In this document: positions 26,369-34,154 of the stretch, one piece after another
How positions within the stretch are numbered: the first letter of the stretch is position 1
How the letters are laid out: the number at the start of each line of letters is the position of its first letter
IMG/VR virus record: IMGVR_UViG_3300031087_000005
Location: 1 to 44,312 of that record
Length of the DNA: 44,312 nt
Direction: 5' to 3' (one strand)
DNA from: a virus
Translations under genes and position numbers: made by a program
The notes under the pieces: generated by a model
What the model was told of the DNA's origin: nothing
Seen by the model: only the letters and a program-made list of their open reading frames with translations
The model's database searches: none

Positions 26369-26713
26369 TCAGCGACCCTCGCACCAGATAGCCTGCTCAC
26401 CTTCAGCAGGGATTACCAGGACGGCGTTACCGCGGCGCTCTGCTACGACCAGATAGATCCCCGTCTCGAACTCATACGCCACCGCCGCATACTCTGAGCC
26501 ATCCGGGCGCACCCCGGCAGCCGGCGAACTGTTGAGCAGCGTATATACCTCCCTGTCATTGATCGTCAGCGAGTTCTGGCCAAAGCGGAGCTGATACGCC
26601 CCGCAGTCATAACGCCAGTCATCAGACGCCCGGGCTTCGACCGCCCAGAGAGTTACCAGCGCGGCCGCTATCCATAGCAGCGCGATCAGTACAGCTTTTA
26701 AAGGGTTACTCAT
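26369..26713 (-). CDS. Exported/periplasmic hypothetical protein
   Basis: 114 aa with signal-like LKAVLIALLWIAAALVTLWAVEARA. Confidence 0.6.
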   Translation of the reverse strand: MSNPLKAVLIALLWIAAALVTLWAVEARASDDWRYDCGAYQLRFGQNSLTINDREVYTLLNSSPAAGVRPDGSEYAAVAYEFETGIYLVVAERRGNAVLVIPAEGEQAIWCEGR

Positions 26714-27099
26714 TTTCTTCTCGCTCTCAGTTTTTCGGCGGTCAGTGCGTCATCAAGACAGTAATCGCCGGTTGTCAGATAATCGTCGATGTTCAGCAGC
26801 GCGTCGGCGCGGTAGATAGCCCAGTCAGCGCCGCGTATCTCCACCTCGCGCCCGTTCTTCATGCAAAGGGCATTCAGCTTCTTGCCGGTCACGCTGACGA
26901 ACCAGGCCGGCACGGTGCCACGATAAGGAAGTACTGTGCCATCACTCAGGGTAACCGAGTCGCCAGGCTGCAGAAACTTCTCTGCGATCCCTGAGCGGCC
27001 GATGTTACCGGCCAGGCGGCCACCGCAGACGATCAGCACTTCGCATCCTTCGTCGATCGGGGTATCAGGAAGTTCAGGCTTGAAAGGTACGAAGCTCAT
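26710..27099 (-). CDS. Hypothetical protein
   Basis: ORF-track 26710..27147. ATG 27099 (MSFVPFKPEL) overlaps the upstream stop as ATGA. Confidence 0.55.
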   Translation of the reverse strand: MSFVPFKPELPDTPIDEGCEVLIVCGGRLAGNIGRSGIAEKFLQPGDSVTLSDGTVLPYRGTVPAWFVSVTGKKLNALCMKNGREVEIRGADWAIYRADALLNIDDYLTTGDYCLDDALTAEKLRARRK

Positions 27100-27395
27100 G
27101 GTTTTATCCCCTTTTTCGCCAGTGCCGTCATAGCAGATTCGATGCACTCAGACGGAATAAAATAGCTATCCCGCGCAATCAGGGCAGCAGTAATGCTCGA
27201 CAGCATCCGGGAATAGTGAGCCGACGGCTCGGGCAACTTGTCACCTTTGCTGTCCGCTGCAGCCCTGACAAAATTAATCGCGCTTTGAATATCGGTCGGG
27301 TACGTATCATTTTTCAGGAAGTAACCGGCAGGCGCCAGACGGAAAGCCTGTTTGATAAGTTCTTCAACTTCTGATGGATCAAATTCGCGGCTCAT
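27096..27395 (-). CDS. Hypothetical protein
   Basis: 99-aa ORF with ATGA overlaps at both ends. Confidence 0.6.
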   Translation of the reverse strand: MSREFDPSEVEELIKQAFRLAPAGYFLKNDTYPTDIQSAINFVRAAADSKGDKLPEPSAHYSRMLSSITAALIARDSYFIPSECIESAMTALAKKGIKP

Positions 27396-27568
27396 GATTT
27401 CATCCTCCCGATCTCGCGCCGTACTTCGATGCGCATTGCTTTCAGCGCTGCAGCTACCATCTGGCGCGGATACCCGGTCCAGGCGATGAAATGCATACTG
27501 ACGATACCCTGGCAGAGGCGGTACTCAACCATCCGGCCGTTCTGGCGATTGTACTTTTTCAGTTTCAT
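27392..27568 (-). CDS. 58-aa hypothetical protein (below the ORF-track cutoff)
   Basis: Own translation MKLKKYNRQNGRMVEYRLCQGIVSMHFIAWTGYPRQMVAAALKAMRIEVRREIGRMKS. Fills the gap between neighbours; its stop overlaps the next ATG. Confidence 0.45.
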   Translation of the reverse strand: MKLKKYNRQNGRMVEYRLCQGIVSMHFIAWTGYPRQMVAAALKAMRIEVRREIGRMKS

Positions 27569-27574
27569 CAGGGA

Positions 27575-27754
27575 TTACCTTTCACTTAACAGGCGGTATT
27601 CGCCGTCCGGGTTTTCGGTACGCAGGCGACTGTAAACGTTCTTCGCCTGCTCATGGTGCAGATGCTTAGCAAACTGCGTGGTGCCAAACGGTCCGGACCA
27701 CATGAAATGGCGCTGACCTTTAACCATCTTATAGATAACCCAGCGCCTACTCAT
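27575..27754 (-). CDS. 59-aa hypothetical protein
   Basis: Internal ATG of ORF 27575..27910 (MSRRWVIYKMVKGQRHF...), overlapping the upstream stop (ATGAGTAG). Confidence 0.45.
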   Translation of the reverse strand: MSRRWVIYKMVKGQRHFMWSGPFGTTQFAKHLHHEQAKNVYSRLRTENPDGEYRLLSER

Positions 27755-28007
27755 GTGACTCACTACGCAATACCGGATCACGACGTTTGGTCCAGTCGTA
27801 GAGCGGATTTCCATCGAAGCCTTCGCCGGATGCCACCATGCGCAGGAGCTCGCGTTCGTGGTTCTGGTACGAGCGGCCCAGGCGGCCTTCCCCAGCTGAT
27901 GCCTGCGCAAGGATAACCGCGAGCCCTTCGGCGCCGTTTACGTGCTGCTCGATAGCTGCAACAGCGCAGGCGCGGGAGCGGCGGTAGTGCATTTCAGATC
28001 TGAACAT
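27747..28007 (-). CDS. Hypothetical protein
   Basis: 86-aa ORF in the tightly packed early operon. Confidence 0.5.
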   Translation of the reverse strand: MFRSEMHYRRSRACAVAAIEQHVNGAEGLAVILAQASAGEGRLGRSYQNHERELLRMVASGEGFDGNPLYDWTKRRDPVLRSESHE

Positions 28008-28015
28008 GGCTCACC

Positions 28016-28162
28016 TCAGAGATATACTGGCCAGAAAATACGTGCCGGGTAAGCGGCAGTACGCAGCTCGCGGCTGGATTTGCACAGCCACTGGCGACCG
28101 TAGCAGCCACCGCCGTTATGCAGCAGGCGCTGCGCAGGTTTGAAGCGCTGAGTTTTCATCAT
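28016..28162 (-). CDS. 48-aa hypothetical protein
   Basis: ORF 28016..28270 trimmed to ATGATG at 28162 (GGAGA SD). The longer form would contain the promoter/operator at 28207-28234. Confidence 0.4.
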   Translation of the reverse strand: MMKTQRFKPAQRLLHNGGGCYGRQWLCKSSRELRTAAYPARIFWPVYL

Positions 28163-28206
28163 GGATTCTCCGTCAGTGCGCCGCGGGAGTGCGGCTGATG
28201 TAATGG

Positions 28207-28234
28207 AGTTTATCACTGATAAAATAATAGTCAA
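28207..28234 (-). promoter_or_regulatory. Promoter with TTATCAsTGATAA operator
   Basis: Minus strand TTGACT-16-TAAACT with TGn; palindrome at 28210-28222. Confidence 0.6.
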
Positions 28235-28267
28235 TACAGTAATAGCTGGACCTGATCGAAAAATCTT

Positions 28268-28642
28268 CAATGGGTTTTGTAAATGCGGTTTTTATCACTG
28301 ATAGAAATCTCGATTTTCATGGATTTTCAAAAAGGGCTCGGGAAACTGACCGAACACCTGAAAATCAGCAAAAATTCACAATGGCTTCAATGGGTAGCTA
28401 CAATGGGTTTTAAAAATTTATTGCAGGGATTTCAATACGTTGCGAGCGATTTTAATGGGATCAAGGGCTTTTTGACTAGTTAGACTATAAATACCCCTCT
28501 TTTTAATATCCTCATAGGATCGTTTTGCCCCTTTTCGTTTAATCTCTAAAAACCCATTAAACCCATTAAAACCCATTAATTGATATTGAAAACTAAGGAA
28601 AATTTTTTCAATGGGTTTAGCAAAGCCATTGAAAACCCATTG
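28268..28642. repeat. Iteron array / putative origin of replication
   Basis: Eleven 9-mers matching yAATGGsTT. Forward copies at 28268, 28379, 28388, 28401, 28453, 28609. Reverse copies at 28551, 28560, 28570 (tandem, 9-10 bp spacing), 28623, 28634. They flank an AT-rich stretch at about 28480-28550. Confidence 0.7.
28292..28304. promoter_or_regulatory. Additional operator-like copy (TTATCACTGATAg, 12/13) without convincing promoter hexamers
   Basis: Read directly; lies 70 bp upstream of the 28210 copy, at the edge of the iteron region. Confidence 0.4.
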
Positions 28643-28645
28643 AAA

Positions 28646-28669
28646 CGAAAAACGGCCCCGAAGGGCCGC
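28646..28669 (-). terminator. Rho-independent terminator after the primase-helicase gene
   Basis: Minus strand CGGCCC-ttcg-GGGCCG followed by TTTTTCGTTT. Confidence 0.7.
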
Positions 28670-28683
28670 ATGATAGTTTATAG

Positions 28684-31200
28684 TCAGTCGTCGAGGTCCG
28701 ACCCTCCGGGTATCGGCCACTTGTAAAGGTTGGGGTTCGTGCCTCCGTAGTCTTTGACGCTGACGCGCCCTGCGCTCACCAGGCGCTTAAGTGCGTAGCC
28801 AACCAGCTGGGACTGATGAGGCGGATAGCCGATCATCCTGGCGATCTCGCTGGCACGTTTCCATGCGTACCCTTCTTCGGCGTGCTCTGCCATAAATTCC
28901 TTCAGCAGCATATCGACCGAGTCTTCGCTGGTGAATGCCTGGTTAATATGCTGCTGACGATCACGGAGCTCGCCTTCAACGTGCCACGTTTCCCCGGCAT
29001 CGAACCATGAAGCGATCTCCAGCCAGAACTGAATCAGAAGATCGGGGTGCGGCTGGGTCAGCCTGCCGTTGTCGTAGTGCCAGCCCAGCAGTTCGTTCAT
29101 CCGGTCAATCTGCACGGTGCCGACGGTCAGCGGTGCGAAGCGCAGGTTACCTGACTGATCGACCAGCAGCGGCCGTCCGTTGTCATTGGCGGTACCGATG
29201 AAGACCGACTGACGAGGCTTGCGGGTGTTCGTCCGGGCGTAGGCGGCGCGGTAGGCATCTACCTTGCGCGAGATAAACGACTTCACCTTATCGACGTCAG
29301 ATTTATGCAGGTTTCCCATTTCAGCCCATTCGATAATATGCGAGCCGGTGGCGCGGATCAGGGAATCCTTATCCTTCAGGTCAATCTGTTCGTCATGGAA
29401 CTGTCGCGGCACCAGTCCGGCGATGCGCCCGATTGCGTTCGACTTGAACTTAGACTGACCGGCCACCAGGATCGGCACCAGCTTCGCCTCGAAATGTTCT
29501 TCCAGGCGAACAGCAGCATATGCAGACAGGAGCCACTTGCGCATGATAGCCCGGCCATAGTCCCTGTCGGTGAAGTCGAAGCAGTCGATCACGTTATCAA
29601 CACGGTGAACGCCGTCCCATTCGTGGCCATGCAGCGCCGCGGCAACGGGGTGATAGCTGCGCTCCAGCGCGACCTTAGTGATATGCCGTTCGATCGTACC
29701 GGTCGCGATGCGGTGGAACGTGCCGAAGTCCGTCAGGTCGGAAACAATAACCTCATAGTTGCTGACGATGCGGCCGTTGCTGTACCACATTTCGAGCTCG
29801 CCGGTCATCAGGTTAATGCACAGCTGGGCCTTTCGCTTATCGAGGATCCAGCGCAGGTTCTCCGAGCAGTTGAACGCGCTGACAATATCGCCCGACTTAT
29901 GATCGTATTCAGCCTGGAGCTCCGCGCCGTACGGTTCGAACTTTCCCGCGACGGCAGGCAGTTTCTTTTTAACCTCCGCCACCTGTTCACCTGCGCCCGG
30001 CAGCGGTTTCTTTTTCTTAACAGGGGTAGACGGCATATCCAGATGAATGGTTTCTTCGGCCTCGTCACCGTCATTCAGATCGTCGTCAGTCAGGGAATCA
30101 ATGAAGCTCTGGCGTTCGGCGGCGCGTTCCTTCTTCACCATATCGAAAATGGTTTTGTAGGGGTTCTGCCACTTGCCGTACTCAGCGCGAATTGAATCTT
30201 CCCACTCTGCTTCATCAATGCCGGCCTGCGTGGCCCACTCTGCGCCGTGCTGCATGGACCAGGCGACCAGCAGGTCTTCTGCCCATTGTTCGTGCTCGGT
30301 GCCAATGAAGTCGCCCAGCGCGCCGCAGATGCGACCCCAGCCGTAGGTTCCGTCAGAGCGGGCGTTGTTGTTGGCGCAGTCCGCCAGGTGATCGTTCAGG
30401 TATTCGGCAATCAGTTCTTTGTTGTCGTATGAGGCTCGGTTGAACTCCGCCATGCGTTTCGCATGGTCTTTGGTGTGGTGCCCGGTGCGCACGCTGTGAT
30501 TCATTGCCTCGGTCAGTTCAGGCAGGTCACGGACTTTTACCGCGTCGCCCTCGAAACACCAGACCGGATTATCCCCGGGCGGCAGGAACGCGAAGTGCGC
30601 CGGATCGTTCATTGACCGGTCAAAGGTAATCTGCCCGCTGTCCGGCAGGGTCCAGATATTACGCTGCAGGCCGGCGCCCAGCTCGGTCATGATCCACTGT
30701 TCGAAACGAAGGCAGGCTTCTTTGACAGGGAACAGCAGCTGGTCACAGAGCACGACTAAGCGCGCACGGCGTGACATAGGGTTATCACTGGCGGTGTAGT
30801 AATAGAAGTGGCTGATGCCTTTAAGGCGTTTGGTCAGAGCCTTCAGTGCCGAAGGAGTTGCTCCGTCGATATCGAACGGCAGCAGACGTGACGGCATTAC
30901 CGCAGGCGCGCGGCGCACAATGCCCTCGACCATATCGCCGTTTTTATCGCGGTACTCGATCGGCTTAAGCCCGGCCCATACAACGTACGGCTGATGGGTT
31001 TTTGCGATCTCCAGCGGCAGCGCGCGGTCAAGCGGCATCCGGCGCTTCTCAATAAAGGTGGCCAGTGCGGACAGGGAATCGAACGAGCGGACGTCTGCTT
31101 CGCTGTGGGTGCCCTGGGGGTAGCCCGGACCGTGAGGATCTTTCCACCAGGTAGCCCCGAACGTAACGGTTATCCTACTGGTTTTTTTCTTCTTGATCAT
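28684..31200 (-). CDS. DNA primase-polymerase / VirE(D5)-type helicase fusion
   Basis: About 838 aa. N-part has the acidic 'LPFDIDG' motif. C-part resembles VirE/D5-like NTPases (KLVPILVAGQSKFKSNAIGRIAG). ATG 31200 overlaps the XRE gene by 26 nt. Confidence 0.75.
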   Translation of the reverse strand: MIKKKKTSRITVTFGATWWKDPHGPGYPQGTHSEADVRSFDSLSALATFIEKRRMPLDRALPLEIAKTHQPYVVWAGLKPIEYRDKNGDMVEGIVRRAPAVMPSRLLPFDIDGATPSALKALTKRLKGISHFYYYTASDNPMSRRARLVVLCDQLLFPVKEACLRFEQWIMTELGAGLQRNIWTLPDSGQITFDRSMNDPAHFAFLPPGDNPVWCFEGDAVKVRDLPELTEAMNHSVRTGHHTKDHAKRMAEFNRASYDNKELIAEYLNDHLADCANNNARSDGTYGWGRICGALGDFIGTEHEQWAEDLLVAWSMQHGAEWATQAGIDEAEWEDSIRAEYGKWQNPYKTIFDMVKKERAAERQSFIDSLTDDDLNDGDEAEETIHLDMPSTPVKKKKPLPGAGEQVAEVKKKLPAVAGKFEPYGAELQAEYDHKSGDIVSAFNCSENLRWILDKRKAQLCINLMTGELEMWYSNGRIVSNYEVIVSDLTDFGTFHRIATGTIERHITKVALERSYHPVAAALHGHEWDGVHRVDNVIDCFDFTDRDYGRAIMRKWLLSAYAAVRLEEHFEAKLVPILVAGQSKFKSNAIGRIAGLVPRQFHDEQIDLKDKDSLIRATGSHIIEWAEMGNLHKSDVDKVKSFISRKVDAYRAAYARTNTRKPRQSVFIGTANDNGRPLLVDQSGNLRFAPLTVGTVQIDRMNELLGWHYDNGRLTQPHPDLLIQFWLEIASWFDAGETWHVEGELRDRQQHINQAFTSEDSVDMLLKEFMAEHAEEGYAWKRASEIARMIGYPPHQSQLVGYALKRLVSAGRVSVKDYGGTNPNLYKWPIPGGSDLDD

Positions 31201-31399
31201 CGTATTCACCAAACAGAAGCCAGAAGGGATTGCACTGAAGCGCGGTAGAGAGCTGCAGAATGTTGCGCGGGCGCTGCGTGATACCGGCCTCTATCCAGGC
31301 GATAGAGACCTGACTCAGCCCGCACGCGGTCGCCAGCTGCTGCTGAGTCAGGTTAAGCTTTTTGCGCTGCTGCCTGCAGCGCTCTGCCAGAGTAGACAT
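31175..31399 (-). CDS. XRE/Cro-type HTH transcriptional regulator
   Basis: 74 aa. 'LNLTQQQLATACGLSQVSIAWIEAG' is a classic HTH_3 pattern. First gene of the leftward arm. Confidence 0.8.
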   Translation of the reverse strand: MSTLAERCRQQRKKLNLTQQQLATACGLSQVSIAWIEAGITQRPRNILQLSTALQCNPFWLLFGEYDDQEEKNQ

Positions 31400-31430
31400 A
31401 GAATTTTTCCTCGGTTCGGTCAGACTATGG

Positions 31431-31459
31431 ATGATAAGTAATCTTATCTATTGGCGCAA
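31431..31459 (-). promoter_or_regulatory. Leftward early promoter
   Basis: Minus strand TTGCGC-17-TATCAT, overlapped by the inverted repeat at 31433-31448. Confidence 0.55.
31433..31448. promoter_or_regulatory. Operator-like inverted repeat GATAAG-taat-CTTATC
   Basis: Perfect 6+6 inverted repeat read in the divergent intergenic region. Confidence 0.55.
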
Positions 31460-31466
31460 GTCTCAC

Positions 31467-31495
31467 TTGCAATGCCATATAAGCTATCTTATATT
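31467..31495 (+). promoter_or_regulatory. Rightward early promoter
   Basis: TTGCAA-17-TATATT, overlapped by the inverted repeat at 31478-31493. Confidence 0.55.
31478..31493. promoter_or_regulatory. Operator-like inverted repeat TATAAG-ctat-CTTATA
   Basis: Perfect 6+6 inverted repeat sharing the ATAAG-N4-CTTAT core with 31433-31448. Confidence 0.55.
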
Positions 31496-31540
31496 AACTC
31501 CTGCCGCAATGGCGCGGCGATAAAATCGAGGAATTCTATA

Positions 31541-31831
31541 ATGGCTTGTAACTGTATCGATCAGGTAAAAGAAAAACTTCACGCTCATCTTATGCAGGGC
31601 GTTCCCGAAGGCAGCGAAATTGCCGGACGCTGGGACGGTACTGGCTGGGATAACGAGGTAATGAGCCTGGGCAACCCGTGCGGCATTCACGTAATGCTGA
31701 ATTATAAGCTGGCGTACCGCGCGCCAAAGAAAGATGGTAGCCTGGCTAAAAACTTCACCCGTAAAGCGGTGAAGATGAAAATGTCCTATTGCCCACTTTG
31801 CGGCGTGAAGTATGACGAGGAGCAGGAATAA
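31541..31831 (+). CDS. Hypothetical Cys-pair (zinc-binding?) protein
   Basis: ORF-track 31451..31831 starts at TTG inside the promoter. ATG 31541 has GAGGA 8 nt upstream. Has CNC...CPLC. Confidence 0.6.
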   Translation: MACNCIDQVKEKLHAHLMQGVPEGSEIAGRWDGTGWDNEVMSLGNPCGIHVMLNYKLAYRAPKKDGSLAKNFTRKAVKMKMSYCPLCGVKYDEEQE

Positions 31832-32292
31832 TGAGAATCGTCTGCGATATCGACGGCACGCTGACTGACGCCCTGCATCGCTACGCCCTGATCCCGGCGG
31901 ACGTAACCAATACCCTGCACTGGGTTGCATACAACGCAGCAGGCGTCAGGGATACCGCGCGCACGTCGGTTATTGACCTGGTGCGTGCCTGCTACGTTCA
32001 CAATGACGCAGAGATTATCCTGCTGACGTCGCGCGGTGACGCGGCGGAAGAGGGTACGCGGGCGTGGATGAAGAAGCACAAGGTGCCGTTCGACCGGCTG
32101 ATCATGCGCAACATGAACGATCACCGCCCGTCAGTTGATTATAAGCGCGAGTGGCTGCGTCACCTGATGCCCGACCTGCTGATTGATGACTGCCCGCAGG
32201 TTTGCAGAATGGCACGCGACGAGCTGGGGCTGACGACGCTCCTGATTAATTCCCTTGATCCGTTCGTTGTGAACGCAGGCGGTGCGAAATGA
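31831..32292 (+). CDS. HAD-superfamily phosphatase (nucleotidase / polynucleotide-phosphatase-like)
   Basis: N-terminal 'VCDIDGTLTD' DxDxT motif, 153 aa. Confidence 0.7.
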   Translation: MRIVCDIDGTLTDALHRYALIPADVTNTLHWVAYNAAGVRDTARTSVIDLVRACYVHNDAEIILLTSRGDAAEEGTRAWMKKHKVPFDRLIMRNMNDHRPSVDYKREWLRHLMPDLLIDDCPQVCRMARDELGLTTLLINSLDPFVVNAGGAK

Positions 32293-32459
32293 AACTAACT
32301 ATTAAAGAGCTAAATGGTTGCTATTTCGGTAACAGTTCAACTTTTGATTTGCAATCAGGCGAAGAACTGGGCGGGTACTTTATCATTGATGAGGAGGGAA
32401 ACTGGCACGATGTGGCGGACCTTATCGCTGATGGCGTAGAATTTGAGGTGCATCCATGA
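32289..32459 (+). CDS. 56-aa acidic hypothetical protein (below the ORF-track cutoff)
   Basis: Own translation MKLTIKELNGCYFGNSSTFDLQSGEELGGYFIIDEEGNWHDVADLIADGVEFEVHP. ATGA overlaps at both ends fill the gap. Confidence 0.45.
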   Translation: MKLTIKELNGCYFGNSSTFDLQSGEELGGYFIIDEEGNWHDVADLIADGVEFEVHP

Positions 32460-33802
32460 GTCCAGCCCTCTCCCTCTTTATTGAATGGTTCGAGTCAGAC
32501 GCTGCGGATATGTTCATTCTGGGCAAACCGGGCACTGGTAAGACGTACACCACGGCGACTGAGATTATCCCGTATATCCGTGAGCATTATGATATTGGCA
32601 TAAAGGCGGTGGCGTTCACGAACCAGGCGGCGCGCGTGCTGCGCGAGGCGCTGCTGAACTACGGTATCGAAAACGTTGACGTGACCACGATCCATAAGTT
32701 CGCAGGCATGGTGCCGATTGATAACCAGGAGGCGCTGAAGCATCGCGAGCTGACTATCAACGCGCAGATCGGCGAGGCTGCTGAGTGCTACCTCCTGATC
32801 GTTGATGAATTTTCGTTTGTGGATCAGGAGCTGGCGGGGAAGCTGGAGGAACTGCGCGGCGAAGGGAAGTTCATTAAATGCCTGTTCCTGGGTGATATGC
32901 AGCAGCTTAAGCCGATCAGCGGGAAGCACGGGGTCAGGCCGCGCGGGCAATATCAGATTGAACTGCATGAAATAAAGCGCAGCGATAAGCCTGATATTCA
33001 GGATGCGATTATCCGCCTGCACGACCTGATCAAAGCTGAAGCGCCTGATAGCCGGTTCACCCTGAAGCCGTCAGCGAACGTCCTGCGCGCGTCGCGCAAC
33101 GCGGTCTATCCACTGGGAGTGAACGATACGTTCCTGGCGTTCCGTAACGCAACGGTGCAGCAGATCAACGCGCTGCAGGCAGGCCGCACCTTCCCTGTTT
33201 CCGGGGATATCCTGTTCAGCCCGACGACGAAGGATCGTTATGAGGTGCTGGACACGGCGGGTGACCCGTGGGAGCCGGTGCGCACTATCCGTAAGCAGTC
33301 GAACGGCAGCTATGAGCTGAACGATAAAACCGACCGCTGGAACACCCGCGGCTATCTGGACGATGACGGTTATCCGATCTTCCGCCTGCGCAGCCTGGAG
33401 GACGAGGAAGACGAGTTCAGCGCCTTTGTGTGCTTCGGCACCGAAAGCTATCGCAGTACGCTGAAGCGCCTGAAAATGGCAGCAATGGACGCGAACCAGG
33501 AGATAATGGACGAGGCGAACTGCTCGCAGAAAGGGATTGCGTTCTGGTGCAATCAGAATCCGGGGCACCCGCTGACCGGTAAGCGTAAGCGCGCGTGGGC
33601 CAAAGCCCTGTCGTTTGAATCCACCGTGTTCAGCATGGACTTTAATTTCTGCCGTACGGTTCATGCGGCGCAGGGAAGCAGCTTTGATAATGTCTATATG
33701 GATATCGACGATATGCGCGCCGCCGGGGATTCTGATACCCGTCTGCGTCTGCAGTACGTGGGCCTGTCACGGGCACGTAATAAAATTTTTATTCTCAAAT
33801 AG
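32456..33802 (+). CDS. SF1 DNA helicase (Dda/RecD-like)
   Basis: Walker A 'GKPGTGKTY', Walker B 'LLIVDEFSF', and C-terminal 'RTVHAAQGSSFDNVYM'. Confidence 0.8.
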   Translation: MSPALSLFIEWFESDAADMFILGKPGTGKTYTTATEIIPYIREHYDIGIKAVAFTNQAARVLREALLNYGIENVDVTTIHKFAGMVPIDNQEALKHRELTINAQIGEAAECYLLIVDEFSFVDQELAGKLEELRGEGKFIKCLFLGDMQQLKPISGKHGVRPRGQYQIELHEIKRSDKPDIQDAIIRLHDLIKAEAPDSRFTLKPSANVLRASRNAVYPLGVNDTFLAFRNATVQQINALQAGRTFPVSGDILFSPTTKDRYEVLDTAGDPWEPVRTIRKQSNGSYELNDKTDRWNTRGYLDDDGYPIFRLRSLEDEEDEFSAFVCFGTESYRSTLKRLKMAAMDANQEIMDEANCSQKGIAFWCNQNPGHPLTGKRKRAWAKALSFESTVFSMDFNFCRTVHAAQGSSFDNVYMDIDDMRAAGDSDTRLRLQYVGLSRARNKIFILK

Positions 33803-33810
33803 AGGTCAGC

Positions 33811-34080
33811 ATGACAAACGAACAACGTTTTGATGAACTGGTTCGCCTGGCGAAAACTGCTGCAGAAAAAGCTATGGTTAAATTTCCTCAGCCTAATTAC
33901 GTTTTGCTTAAGGTTGCAGAAGAAGCTGGCGAAGTTGTGCAGGCTGGCGTTCATTTCGCGGAAGGCCGTGAAACATGGGAAGCGCTGGAAGCAGAAGTGA
34001 TTCAGACGCTCGCTATGCTTTATCGCCTGGTGAATGAAGGGGACCAGGTTAACGGCGTGATACCTCCCCACTTAAAATAA
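33811..34080 (+). CDS. MazG-like nucleotide pyrophosphohydrolase domain protein
   Basis: 89 aa all-helical; 'KVAEEAGEVVQA' fits the EExxE metal motif. Confidence 0.55.
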   Translation: MTNEQRFDELVRLAKTAAEKAMVKFPQPNYVLLKVAEEAGEVVQAGVHFAEGRETWEALEAEVIQTLAMLYRLVNEGDQVNGVIPPHLK

Positions 34081-34083
34081 TTG

Positions 34084-34111
34084 TTGACTTTGATTTTATC
34101 GCTGATAATAT
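34084..34111 (+). promoter_or_regulatory. Strong promoter with operator (TTATCgCTGATAA)
   Basis: TTGACT-16-TAATAT with TGn; palindrome at 34096-34108. Confidence 0.7.
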
Positions 34112-34154
34112 CCATCTCGTAGCACACAAACTTAATAAACCGAGGAAACACTGA

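Noticed and set aside
28283-28720. ORFs 28283..28483 (+) and 28418..28720 (-)
   Set aside because: Both are built from the iteron repeats and the AT-rich core of the putative origin. The minus ORF also runs through the primase terminator.
29305-30195. 296-aa plus-strand ORF, plus smaller ones at 28816-29458
   Set aside because: It lies antisense to the primase-helicase gene, is low-complexity and R/A/V-rich, and has no expression signals.
31484-32124. Minus-strand ORFs of 148 and 112 aa
   Set aside because: They lie antisense to the first rightward genes and extend into the divergent promoter region.
32495-33664. Minus-strand ORFs of 175 and 197 aa
   Set aside because: They lie antisense to the well-supported SF1 helicase gene and are R/L/A-rich shadow frames.
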